Below are positions 18,245 through 26,852 of a stretch of DNA of 64,000 bases, piece by piece; position 1 is the first letter of the stretch; the number at the start of each line of letters is the position of its first letter. The position numbers and the translations under genes were made by a program. The notes under the pieces were generated by a model that was not told the DNA's origin, ran no database searches, and saw only the letters and a program-made list of their open reading frames with translations. This DNA is from Candidatus Wolfebacteria bacterium GW2011_GWE2_44_13 (GTDB lineage Bacteria; Patescibacteriota; Minisyncoccia; UBA6257; UBA9933), in assembly GCA_001000675.1 (NCBI GenBank), contig LCHW01000003.1, forward strand, positions 67,873 to 131,872. Direction: 5' to 3'.

Positions 18245-19342
18245 TTATTGAACTATTTTATAGTCTATATACCCGGAATCGTCATATTGTCCGCCACCGA
18301 ATCGATAGTACCCAGCGCTAATTGCCCTTATATGCCAGACCAATCGAAATGTTTCTCCGACTGATTTTAAATCTTCCTCCGTTATTTTATACTCAAGTGT
18401 ATTATTAGATACATACTTAAGTCTGTTATTTTCAAGCGAAACGGAGTCCATGAACGGCCTTGAGTTAGATTCCCAATTATATTCAATTCCTCTTCCCTGT
18501 GGATCTTTAGCTATAACAGTTGCCTTGAACGTATCCCCTACGCGTAAAATTCGTGATCCTTCGCTCGGCCAGCTGATGTAGGGACCCTTGTATTGGTTGT
18601 ACATAGATGTTTTATATGTATTTCCCTTACTATCTTCGAGGGAAAGAATTATAGGATACTGCTCATGTTCGGTATATGTATCCCGCTGTTCCTTTAGACG
18701 CTCTTCTTCGGCGTGTATCCTCTCTTCCTCTATTCGCTTGCGGTCCGCCTCTGCACTTTCTTGGTTACGCCTCAAAAGATCTGCTTGAATTTTTTCTCCA
18801 TCAACTCTATTCTGTTCGTCTATTAGTTTTCTATACGCTTCCTCTCGTGAGGACCTATCCTGCGTAGTGTTTTGGACTTTACCACTTAGCTGTACCGGAG
18901 ATTCTGCGAGGATTTTTTCAGAGCTCTTCGCGATATTTCTCGACTGTTCTAAGCTCTGGAACCGCCTCACGGCCCGCGCAGTCAGCTTGCCATAATAGCC
19001 GGTTATAATGCCTTCCGGGTAGATATTGATATCTGCCGCCAAAATCGTCTGGAGCGTCCTTACCTTCTCCCCGGATGAACCTTCTTTAAGTTGTTCAATC
19101 AACTGCAAGACATCAGTCATACCGACGGTATTAGTTGCTGTCTGCGGTTGAGCTTGTGCCTTCTGTAATGTTTGTAATTGTACAGTCAAACTTTCAATCT
19201 GTTTTTGTAGGGTCTGGATTAACGACTGCAGTGTCGCGGTTGTGGTTGATGCAGTCGTGGTCGTTTGTGCCGATGCAACGAACGCGTTGCCAAATATGAT
19301 CCCGACTACCAGTATGGTTACTATGTTTCTTTTTATGTTCAT
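18245..19342 (-). CDS. secreted protein with coiled coil and peptidoglycan-binding (PG_binding_1-like) domain
   Basis: 365 aa. Signal peptide ...FVASAQTTTT. GEKVRTLQTILAADINIYPEGIITGYYGKLTARAVRRFQ. Paralogous N-terminal architecture to 60775..61836. Confidence 0.55.
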   Translation of the reverse strand: MNIKRNIVTILVVGIIFGNAFVASAQTTTTASTTTATLQSLIQTLQKQIESLTVQLQTLQKAQAQPQTATNTVGMTDVLQLIEQLKEGSSGEKVRTLQTILAADINIYPEGIITGYYGKLTARAVRRFQSLEQSRNIAKSSEKILAESPVQLSGKVQNTTQDRSSREEAYRKLIDEQNRVDGEKIQADLLRRNQESAEADRKRIEEERIHAEEERLKEQRDTYTEHEQYPIILSLEDSKGNTYKTSMYNQYKGPYISWPSEGSRILRVGDTFKATVIAKDPQGRGIEYNWESNSRPFMDSVSLENNRLKYVSNNTLEYKITEEDLKSVGETFRLVWHIRAISAGYYRFGGGQYDDSGYIDYKIVQ

Positions 19343-19662
19343 GATTATTGGTTATGATTTAATGCTTATTTTATCTATATATGGTTTACACACCGACCTT
19401 TGCAGTCCTGGAGATGGTTTTTCGGATACAAAAAACCCACCACCAGGTAGACCTTACGGCCATATACAAGTTTCCCTGTATAACGCAACGAGCGATCCTG
19501 ATGATGGGATCTTTATGCTCGTTGCGATTTTGACCATACCACCAGGATTTCTCCTGATGGGTTAGGTCTACTGGATGATATTTAGTTGTTAATTTGTATT
19601 ATATACTCTTTATTCAGAAAATCCACGCTTTACTCAGCATGGATTTTTCTAATGGTATTTTA

Positions 19663-20055
19663 TTATCTACAGGACGAGGGCGGCTTTCGGTTTACGTATA
19701 GCGTTTGATATCCTGGATCTGTCTGAGTACTTGTCTTACATTCTGGACATCCATGGAACGCGCGATTTGCTCCGGGGCGCATTCGTACGGTTTTACTGTT
19801 CACATCCCAACAACGAGAGCAGAATGGGCCCTCCTCTTTTTCCCCTATTTTCCAATAAGCACCATTTCTGAATTCAAGACTATCCCTCACTTTAAGCAGC
19901 TCCTTTAATGCTCGATTCTCAATTTCAAGATCATAGATATGCTTTTGCTGATCAAGTAACTCTTTTTGAACAACTAAAATCTGCTCATATTGTTCAATCT
20001 TCCCAGCCTCTTTTAAAACAGCGGCTGCTGATTTTAATTCATCAAATATAGCCAT
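19663..20055 (-). CDS. hypothetical protein: coiled coil + C-terminal zinc ribbon
   Basis: 130 aa. CSRCWD...HGCPEC. Confidence 0.4.
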   Translation of the reverse strand: MAIFDELKSAAAVLKEAGKIEQYEQILVVQKELLDQQKHIYDLEIENRALKELLKVRDSLEFRNGAYWKIGEKEEGPFCSRCWDVNSKTVRMRPGANRAFHGCPECKTSTQTDPGYQTLYVNRKPPSSCR

Positions 20056-20272
20056 ATTTTATTTAACCTTTTTAGACTCTCACTCGATACATTTTCGCCG
20101 TATTTAGAGTGAATATGCAAAATTTCTACTAACTCTGATTCCTCGTATTTTTTCAGTTTATCAGTTTCCTTCTGTCCGCTTATGAACTCCGCCTCATTTA
20201 AAATACTACGTTTGATTATCCTTCTTTTTTCAATTAATCAATCCTGTTTTTTAGGATTTCTATGTAACCGGC

Positions 20273-21550
20273 TTAAGCTTGCAAATCCTGCTCCACCTCA
20301 ATCTCCGCCTCAAGCGCCTTATTCCATCTCTCAAGATAGTCAATATTCTTTTTGACAATTTCTTCATCCAATGGGGAGTACTTCTGATGCGCAGCTGTCA
20401 GATTCGCTATTAGATCGGCCAGACTCGTTTGCTCAATCGTATTCAATTCCATCTCTCGCGTATAAATAAAGTGGCGCTGTGCCTTTGAATGATCAACTTC
20501 GAGGGCAATAATATTGTCGGGGTCACTCTGAATAAGTGCCATGCTCTTTTTACACTCGATGTCGAGCAAACTGGCGTATCTCATATCCCTTAAAAGAGCA
20601 ATTGCCGTAGGGATTGCGAAAAATTCGTGAATGCCACGTATATAATATCTTGACGGAGGCCCCCCTCCTATTTTACTTACCCTGGCCTTTACCTCGCCAT
20701 AAAAAATGCCATTACAAACTCCGGTCATTCCAAGCTTACCCAATAGCAGAGAAAAGTAGCTCCCATAAAGATTTGTAACCTTAACATCTCTTTCCTTTGC
20801 AATTTTCACGAACGAAACAAGCTTTTTCAGCTTATTAATATCGGCAGTCTTTTCGTTTATATCATCTATCCAAATAAAAATCTCATCACATCCGGTGTAT
20901 TCCTTGATCAGACCCTCCGTAAGACTGTGAGAGTTTGTTGAGATTATTGGAATAACTTTCCCCGCAGTCTTTTCTTTTGTTTTGGCTAAAAGTTTCTTAT
21001 TTATACCAAGCCACTCATCAGCGAGATCGTTAAAATAAAAATATGGGGGAATAATTGCAATTGGCTTAAGCCCCCCTCCCTCTCCTTTTACTAAGTGCTC
21101 TGCGCCATTTTTAATGAGAAATTTTTCATATTTTTTAATAGCGCGCCCTCTCTCACTCTCCATCTTCTGAGTCTGTAGTATGATGTTTTTTTCGCAAAAG
21201 CTATCGATAAAATCATCCGTAAAATCTGCAGGGCGAAGGGCTGCGTATGCCGAATTGGTAAAGTGGCTACTTAGACCATAATCCGTAGTTAATTTCGCTA
21301 TTGAAGGTTTAAATTTACTTTCACCAGTTTTTTTGTCCGGGACTACATAGTCCGCTATATTGTTAAGCGCATAAATATATGTCATGGGATCAATGTAATA
21401 TCCCTTATTAATATACTCGGCCGCCATGATAGTAGGATTTGAAGAGTACGAAAGAATGTGGGCTGGAATGAAAATGCCAGAAATTAATCCTCTGAGTTCT
21501 TTTATAACCTCCCTATCCCTATGGACGCCGAATCTGATAAAAAAGTTCAT
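20273..21550 (-). CDS. hypothetical 425-aa protein, last gene of 4-gene overlapping operon; no recognisable family
   Basis: 4-bp overlap with the upstream gene. No Walker, HEPN or other motif recognised by eye. Confidence 0.5.
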   Translation of the reverse strand: MNFFIRFGVHRDREVIKELRGLISGIFIPAHILSYSSNPTIMAAEYINKGYYIDPMTYIYALNNIADYVVPDKKTGESKFKPSIAKLTTDYGLSSHFTNSAYAALRPADFTDDFIDSFCEKNIILQTQKMESERGRAIKKYEKFLIKNGAEHLVKGEGGGLKPIAIIPPYFYFNDLADEWLGINKKLLAKTKEKTAGKVIPIISTNSHSLTEGLIKEYTGCDEIFIWIDDINEKTADINKLKKLVSFVKIAKERDVKVTNLYGSYFSLLLGKLGMTGVCNGIFYGEVKARVSKIGGGPPSRYYIRGIHEFFAIPTAIALLRDMRYASLLDIECKKSMALIQSDPDNIIALEVDHSKAQRHFIYTREMELNTIEQTSLADLIANLTAAHQKYSPLDEEIVKKNIDYLERWNKALEAEIEVEQDLQA

Positions 21551-21957
21551 GCTAATTTTAAATTATTACTGCAGAAATAAGCTCGAATTACCTTGCTGGA
21601 ACTATTTCCTCCTGGCTCAATTTCGACCCGTGGTTTGAATTCTTCATTGATCACTATTAACCCAACTCCAGCATTTTCGAAAATTTTCCTATTATTTAAT
21701 GCTGGCGTGGCATGCTGATGCCAAACAGCGAGATAGGATTGATCACAAGCAAGCGCGTTTACTCTTGCCTGTCTAAGACCACACTGCCAATCTTTAAGTT
21801 TAATCTCGATAGCTACAACATTCTCATCGTCCCTTTCTTTCTTCACAATGTCAATCCTTTTGCGTGCAAAAGCTGCTTGTCGTAGTACAATACAATCTTG
21901 TGATCGATAATATGAGGCAAGCTTCACCTCGACTTTTTTTTCTGTTATTTTAGACAT
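21547..21957 (-). CDS. small PD-(D/E)xK nuclease-fold protein (restriction-endonuclease-like)
   Basis: 136 aa. RIDIV...(15)...VVAIEIK gives a D...ExK arrangement. Overlaps both neighbours by 4 and 8 bp. Confidence 0.45.
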   Translation of the reverse strand: MSKITEKKVEVKLASYYRSQDCIVLRQAAFARKRIDIVKKERDDENVVAIEIKLKDWQCGLRQARVNALACDQSYLAVWHQHATPALNNRKIFENAGVGLIVINEEFKPRVEIEPGGNSSSKVIRAYFCSNNLKLA

Positions 21958-22606
21958 TTTTGAGATTATCTATAGTTTTCTCGTTTAAAACATATTTTCC
22001 CCCAAAAACTAAGACTATGCATTGCAAGACTAACCACCCCACAGCCCCCCAGGAAGAAATTGGGGAATTCTTTGTTGCAATAATCACTATCCCATCTATT
22101 ATTTGCAAGCAAGATAGGACAGCAACCCCAAGTGCTATTGTATTATTTTGCCTTGAGCATTTTTTAAGCACAACCCTACTCTTCTTCCCTTTTATGAGAT
22201 TTTCTAACTTAACTTGAAACTCAATTACTTCTTCGATTGCCTTATACTGGATACTTTTAAGCCCTTTAATGAGCTCCAATTTATACTCATCTTGGAAAAA
22301 ATCTTTAACATCTGTACCTTCAGGAATATCTGAGATTCGTCGAGAAACTTCCTCAACAAGATTATCCGCAAGAACGTCGCGTAGCGGGGCAACCATGTCG
22401 GTGTATATTCTTTCGTCTAATATATCTTGTATCTGCGTATCCCTATCTCCGTTAATATGATTGTAATGCATCCATAATCTAATAGACCCCACCAAAAATA
22501 GAATGGGTATTGCAAAAATTGCGAACTCCTGGATATTTGTGGTTATCAGTAGCGACTTAATCGCATCTAAATTTGACGTAGTCGCAATTGTGCTGGTCGT
22601 CATCAT
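21950..22606 (-). CDS. membrane protein (1 N-terminal + 2 C-terminal TM), candidate toxin/effector
   Basis: 218 aa. FAIFAIPILFLVGSIRLW. IALGVAVLSCLQIIDGIVIIA. WGAVGWLVLQCIVLVFGG. Sits immediately downstream of the Panacea-domain gene. Confidence 0.45.
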   Translation of the reverse strand: MMTTSTIATTSNLDAIKSLLITTNIQEFAIFAIPILFLVGSIRLWMHYNHINGDRDTQIQDILDERIYTDMVAPLRDVLADNLVEEVSRRISDIPEGTDVKDFFQDEYKLELIKGLKSIQYKAIEEVIEFQVKLENLIKGKKSRVVLKKCSRQNNTIALGVAVLSCLQIIDGIVIIATKNSPISSWGAVGWLVLQCIVLVFGGKYVLNEKTIDNLKNV

Positions 22607-23163
22607 TTTAATACCTGATGCTTAATTTCTGAATTTACAGTCATATCCGGATAATTCTCATAGACGTACTTTAAAAGCTGTCTAAGAGGCCAGTTCCCGT
22701 ATCGTACTTTTATTGCCTCTATACTATTTCGACTCTTACTATCAAGTTCGCCCCAGAGCTCTTTAGCAACCGCTTCGCCAATATCCGTTAATTTAAATTC
22801 AACATCGACCTCAGAATTGTCTGGGGGAATTTCTTCAAACTGAATATCGTCAATGTATTTAATCTGCTCAGGACTTATTTCGGTACTCTGTCCCGTTCTT
22901 TTTGCAATTCCTTTTACGAGTGGGTGTTCTGGGTCGGGAAAATTACGCAAGAACTCAAGTTCGGGATAAACTTCGCTCGAAAACGGGCCCATTTTATATG
23001 GGGCGAAAGAAAATTTATCATTAATACCTTCTTCTCTGTCGAGGAGGAATAGCAGCTTCATAAGGCGCGTGATGCCTTGGATCGACTCACTGGATTGTCC
23101 TTTCATTCCTCTACTGTAGAGTAAAAGCAAGATTAAATCCGATTTTTCAAGTGTACCGATCAT
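22603..23163 (-). CDS. Panacea domain (DUF4065, SocA/PanA-like) protein, antitoxin-type
   Basis: 186 aa. ITRLMKLLFLLD...FSFAPYKMGPFSSEVY matches the DUF4065 core (KLqKLLYfaqg...FeAWkyGPVvpsvY). A TATAAT sits 6-11 nt upstream of the ATG with no SD, so the mRNA may be leaderless. Confidence 0.55.
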   Translation of the reverse strand: MIGTLEKSDLILLLLYSRGMKGQSSESIQGITRLMKLLFLLDREEGINDKFSFAPYKMGPFSSEVYPELEFLRNFPDPEHPLVKGIAKRTGQSTEISPEQIKYIDDIQFEEIPPDNSEVDVEFKLTDIGEAVAKELWGELDSKSRNSIEAIKVRYGNWPLRQLLKYVYENYPDMTVNSEIKHQVLK

Positions 23164-23229
23164 ATATTATATTATAGATTAATTAAACTCATTCTACCAG
23201 TAAAATTGTCTTCCTCACTATCGGCACCG

Positions 23230-23694
23230 TTACTCATCTTCATCCTCCTCGTCCAGCGCCCTTTCATACGCCTCAGCTGCTGCGAGCTCAGCTTTTGTCG
23301 GGAGGTGCTGTTCCTCCGTCTTTATCTCCCCGCCGTGCTGGATCCCCTGTAACGGTTTTCCTTGCGTGCGATCGAAGTACTCCTTGATCGCGGCAATGTT
23401 CTTACGGTTATGCCCCTCACTATAGAGCACATCGAGAAGGGCTTGCACCCTCGTCTTGGTAACAATCCTTGTTCCCCCAGTCGCCTTATCTACTTCTACG
23501 ACATCCACCTCTTCGAGTATATGAGCATCGTGGATTGCTTTTATTTCTAATCTTTCCAGCTTATCCTGGTTTGACTTTCTTCCCGATCCCGGCCGAAATC
23601 CTCCCCGTCCAATTCCATTGGGGATATATTTTTTTCCGCTCTTTACCGTTCCGCGTTCGAATTCCTTATTTTTTGATTTCTCTTCTTTTTTCAT
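23230..23694 (-). CDS. hypothetical protein, basic Gly-rich N-terminus (GRGGFRPGSGRK), acidic C-terminus
   Basis: 154 aa. 66 bp upstream of the Panacea operon. Confidence 0.35.
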   Translation of the reverse strand: MKKEEKSKNKEFERGTVKSGKKYIPNGIGRGGFRPGSGRKSNQDKLERLEIKAIHDAHILEEVDVVEVDKATGGTRIVTKTRVQALLDVLYSEGHNRKNIAAIKEYFDRTQGKPLQGIQHGGEIKTEEQHLPTKAELAAAEAYERALDEEDEDE

Positions 23695-23903
23695 TTTATC
23701 AATTTCACCCTTACTCTCTTTCTCTTCTTGTTCTATTCCCTATGAGGTATGAATGCATACTATATACCTGCACAATTATTGCCTTATTTTACTCCCCTTA
23801 TTAAACATATACTTGTATGCCATACGTGGCGAATACATTTTTCCAGTGTAATACGGTCTGTTCTATGGTGTTCCATCCAACACCCAAGTCGTGCACCAAA
23901 AAC

Positions 23904-23938
23904 AAAAACCACCAGCCCAAGGCTGGTGGTTTTTGTTT
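23904..23938. repeat. hairpin repeat copy 1 AAAAACCACCAGCCCAAGGCTGGTGGTTTTTGTTT (bidirectional terminator-like)
   Basis: Identical to copy 2 at 24511..24546 and near-identical to copy 3 at 25658..25690. Confidence 0.8.
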
Positions 23939-24053
23939 ATACACCATATATCCTTTTACATTGCCCTAAAAACTTGACTTATTTTAGTATTAATGGTATT
24001 ATTTATTTAACAGTTCGCTAGGCACATTTATAAAAACTATATAGGAGAATTTC

Positions 24054-24467
24054 ATGAAAACCGTCGCCTTGTCGATTGCCTTCCTCTTATTTCTTTTAGG
24101 GTGCTCGCAACAAGAGGGGTCTGTCTTTCGGACAGGCATCGTCGTTAGAAAAGATCATCAACCCGAAAAATACTGGGTACAGGACGGCAACCTTTTTACT
24201 GTCACTGTTGTCGGAAAAGCTTCGTTTACAACGAATAATCGGATGCTTCTCCTACACCACCAGTGTGAGTCTTGGATGCTCGTCCTCCAAGATGCGACAA
24301 GCAATAACAAGGAGCGCATCGTATATGTTCCTCAGAGCACTTACGATGCCACGCCCATTGGGTCCGCGTACCGGTTCGACTATTGGTACGACAGAAACGA
24401 GCCAACCGTCGATCGCCAAGCTGCAACAGCGGAGGATATTTCCTCCTATGGCGTTCAGAAACAGTAG
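24054..24467 (+). CDS. lipoprotein (LLGC lipobox), GC-rich ORFan
   Basis: 137 aa. Signal MKTVALSIAFLLFLLGC. Flanked by identical hairpins. Confidence 0.5.
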   Translation: MKTVALSIAFLLFLLGCSQQEGSVFRTGIVVRKDHQPEKYWVQDGNLFTVTVVGKASFTTNNRMLLLHHQCESWMLVLQDATSNNKERIVYVPQSTYDATPIGSAYRFDYWYDRNEPTVDRQAATAEDISSYGVQKQ

Positions 24468-24510
24468 TTCCCCGCCGCCATGTCTTATGACCTCTGGCGG
24501 CTTTTTTATC

Positions 24511-24546
24511 AAAAACCACCAGCCCAAGGCTGGTGGTTTTTGTTTT
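24511..24546. repeat. hairpin repeat copy 2
   Basis: Same 35-bp sequence as copy 1. Confidence 0.8.
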
Positions 24547-24599
24547 GCATGATTCCTAAAAAAACTGCGCCCTTGAGAGGGCGCAGTTGCTGCGAAAAA

Positions 24600-25601
24600 C
24601 TACAGAGCTCTATACAGCTCACCTGCTTTCTCTTTAGCTTTGTCGAAGACGTCGGCCGGAATTTTACTGTAGTCTTGAATAAATTCGAGGAACCACTCCG
24701 GGATTGCATCTGCTCGTATGGGCGAAATTAGCTGCCTAATTTTCCCATCAATGTTCTTCGTAAATACTTCGCAGTCAGATTTCCATTCCCTGTGCTCCAT
24801 CAACGTCTTGACGTCATTAATCGAGTGAATGTATTCCATTATCCGGGCTTCAACAAGTTTTTCTGGTATGGAGCCTTCTTCGGTTCTGCGCCAGTAGTCA
24901 TCCAGCGTATCCGCGCTGCGCGTTGTCGACAGAAGCGCCTGTATTCGAGCCCCGATTAGTTTCCGGGGTTCGGAGTTTTCGCTTGTTCGCTGCCAATACC
25001 TCACGAGGTTGTCGAAATCGACAGCTAGCAGAAGAATCCCTGGAAGGAGCTTCGCTATGCGATTCTCAATGAGCCGCTGCGGTATCGTATTATCAGCGAC
25101 GCTTTCCCAGTAATCCAGAAGGAGCTCCATGTCCGTTATAAGCGGAATAAGCTCTGCCATGCGATTCTCAATGAGCCGCTGCGGCGGGGAATCTTCACTT
25201 GTAGCACTCCAATACGCAATAAGCACTTCGATGCTTGTAACGGACGGGAGGACTTCCAAAAGGAGCTCCGCCATACGAGCCTCGATAAGGCGCTGCGGCA
25301 CAGATTTTGCACTGGTATTTCCCCAGTATCCGCACAACAGCTCCATGTCGGTAACTCCCGGGAGAATCACTGACAAAACCTCTGCCATGCGATTCTCGAC
25401 GAGTCGCTGCAACACCGACCCTTCATTCGTTCCCTCCCAGCACCCTATCAGGTCGTCAATGTCGGTGGTGGTAGAAATCTTTAAAATCGCTTTTTCTCCT
25501 CCAATTTCTTTGCCGATAAAGTTCCCAAGAATGTTTCTTGCGTCATGCATCGCCCTGCTCCTTTCTCTAGTTATTTTTTTAGTGCTGAGATTATTCAACA
25601 C
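24600..25601 (-). CDS. tandem-repeat protein (about 6 x 34-38 aa repeats, consensus ..ELL..YW..TSE.S.PQRLIENRMAELL..)
   Basis: 333 aa. The repeats are visible at the DNA level, e.g. gccatgcgattctcaatgagccgctgcgg recurs around 25050, 25160 and 25380. Confidence 0.5.
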   Translation of the reverse strand: MLNNLSTKKITRERSRAMHDARNILGNFIGKEIGGEKAILKISTTTDIDDLIGCWEGTNEGSVLQRLVENRMAEVLSVILPGVTDMELLCGYWGNTSAKSVPQRLIEARMAELLLEVLPSVTSIEVLIAYWSATSEDSPPQRLIENRMAELIPLITDMELLLDYWESVADNTIPQRLIENRIAKLLPGILLLAVDFDNLVRYWQRTSENSEPRKLIGARIQALLSTTRSADTLDDYWRRTEEGSIPEKLVEARIMEYIHSINDVKTLMEHREWKSDCEVFTKNIDGKIRQLISPIRADAIPEWFLEFIQDYSKIPADVFDKAKEKAGELYRAL

Positions 25602-25657
25602 TTTTTTATTTATTTTGTCAAATTATGCAGCCCACTTTCCTTATTTCTTGTGCTATA

Positions 25658-25690
25658 CAAAAACCACCAGCCTTAGGCTGGTGGTTTTTG
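25658..25690. repeat. hairpin repeat copy 3 (CCACCAGCCTTAGGCTGGTGG), also the terminator of pyk
   Basis: 2-nt loop difference from copies 1 and 2. Confidence 0.7.
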
Positions 25691-25695
25691 ATTTC

Positions 25696-26757
25696 TTACT
25701 TCTTCGCCTTCTTGTACTCGCCGAGGGTTTCTGTTTCAAAGAAGTTTTCTCGTGCGGTATATTCTTCAATGCGTCGCACAATCTTTGCCATTGTGGCAAC
25801 CGCTTTTGCTGGGTGCTTACCCGCTGCAGTTTCATCGGAAAGCATAACTGCATCCCCTCCTTCAAATACTGCATTCGCAACATCACTTACTTCTGCGCGT
25901 GTTGGATGATCATGATCGATTAATGTCATCATCATCTGTGTTGCTACGATTGCCGGCTTGTTGTGCCAGTGTGCGTGGCGGATTAAGTTCTTTTGAATAA
26001 TCGGCAAATCCTCCATCGGTATTTCAATTCCAAGGTCTCCTCGCGCAATCATAATACCGTCAGATTCTTCGATAATCTCGTCGATGTTATCGAGCGCCAA
26101 GGCACGCTCTATCTTTGCGATAATCTTGATCTTTTTATCAGGAAATACGCTACGCAATTTTGTAATGTCTTCTGCGGATTGCACAAACGAAAGCGCAATA
26201 TAATCAACACCTTCAGCTACGCCAAACTTTGCATCTTCGATATCTTTATCAGTTACTCCGCCGCGCGTTAGGTTTGTGCGAGGAACGTTAATTCCCTTCT
26301 TTGAGAATAATGTTCCTCCGGTTACAACCTTTGCGTGTATCTGTGATCCTTGTACGTCAACAATATCCAATTCCATTGCACCGTTGGCAAGGAAAAACGG
26401 CTCACCCTTTTTTACATCGATGTGCAAATAGGCATCGTCAATCGGAATAATTCCTCCTGGAACATATTCACTTTGTTCAAAAGAGAAAACAAACGTTTCA
26501 CCTTCTTTAAGCTCAACGCCTTCTGCTGGTAATTTTCCTACGCGAATACGCGGACCTTGTAAGTCCTGCATAATTTCGATATCTGTTCCCAACTCTTTAT
26601 TTATGCGTGCAATATGTTCTTTTCGTCCGCGATATTCTTCTACCGTGCAGTGAGAAAAGTTCATGCGAGCAATATTTAATCCAGCCTCTGCCATAGCCTT
26701 TAACTCTTCGTATGAATCAGACTTTGGTCCAATAGTTGCAACAATTTTTGTTTTCAT
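25696..26757 (-). CDS. pyk: pyruvate kinase (short form lacking C-terminal regulatory domain)
   Basis: 353 aa. MKTKIVATIGP, NFSHC, MIARGDLGIE motifs. Confidence 0.85.
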   Translation of the reverse strand: MKTKIVATIGPKSDSYEELKAMAEAGLNIARMNFSHCTVEEYRGRKEHIARINKELGTDIEIMQDLQGPRIRVGKLPAEGVELKEGETFVFSFEQSEYVPGGIIPIDDAYLHIDVKKGEPFFLANGAMELDIVDVQGSQIHAKVVTGGTLFSKKGINVPRTNLTRGGVTDKDIEDAKFGVAEGVDYIALSFVQSAEDITKLRSVFPDKKIKIIAKIERALALDNIDEIIEESDGIMIARGDLGIEIPMEDLPIIQKNLIRHAHWHNKPAIVATQMMMTLIDHDHPTRAEVSDVANAVFEGGDAVMLSDETAAGKHPAKAVATMAKIVRRIEEYTARENFFETETLGEYKKAKK

Positions 26758-26852
26758 TCTGTTATATATGGTTATTGTGAGTTTACTAGTATAGGCGATT
26801 CATTTTCTTTTGCAAGAGCAAAAAAGCGCCCAATAGGGGCGCTTTACATACT

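Larger units (their letters stand above)
15339..25690. mobile_element. putative integrated element at tRNA-Lys(CUU): serine integrase + ORFan cargo (right boundary uncertain)
   Basis: A large serine recombinase runs into the tRNA. It is followed by ORFans, holin-like and PG-binding proteins, a Panacea-domain operon, a repeat protein and triplicated hairpins. Housekeeping pyk resumes at 25696. No att direct repeat could be confirmed by eye. Confidence 0.35.

Noticed and set aside
23881-23899. Possible attR (GTGCACCA resembling tRNA-Lys 3' end GATGCACCA)
   Set aside because: Only a 7-nt match, within chance expectation. The island's right boundary is left undefined.
25129-25923. 264-aa plus-strand ORF spanning the repeat gene and pyk terminator
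   Set aside because: Antisense to the tandem-repeat protein gene. It crosses a strong terminator hairpin and has no RBS.
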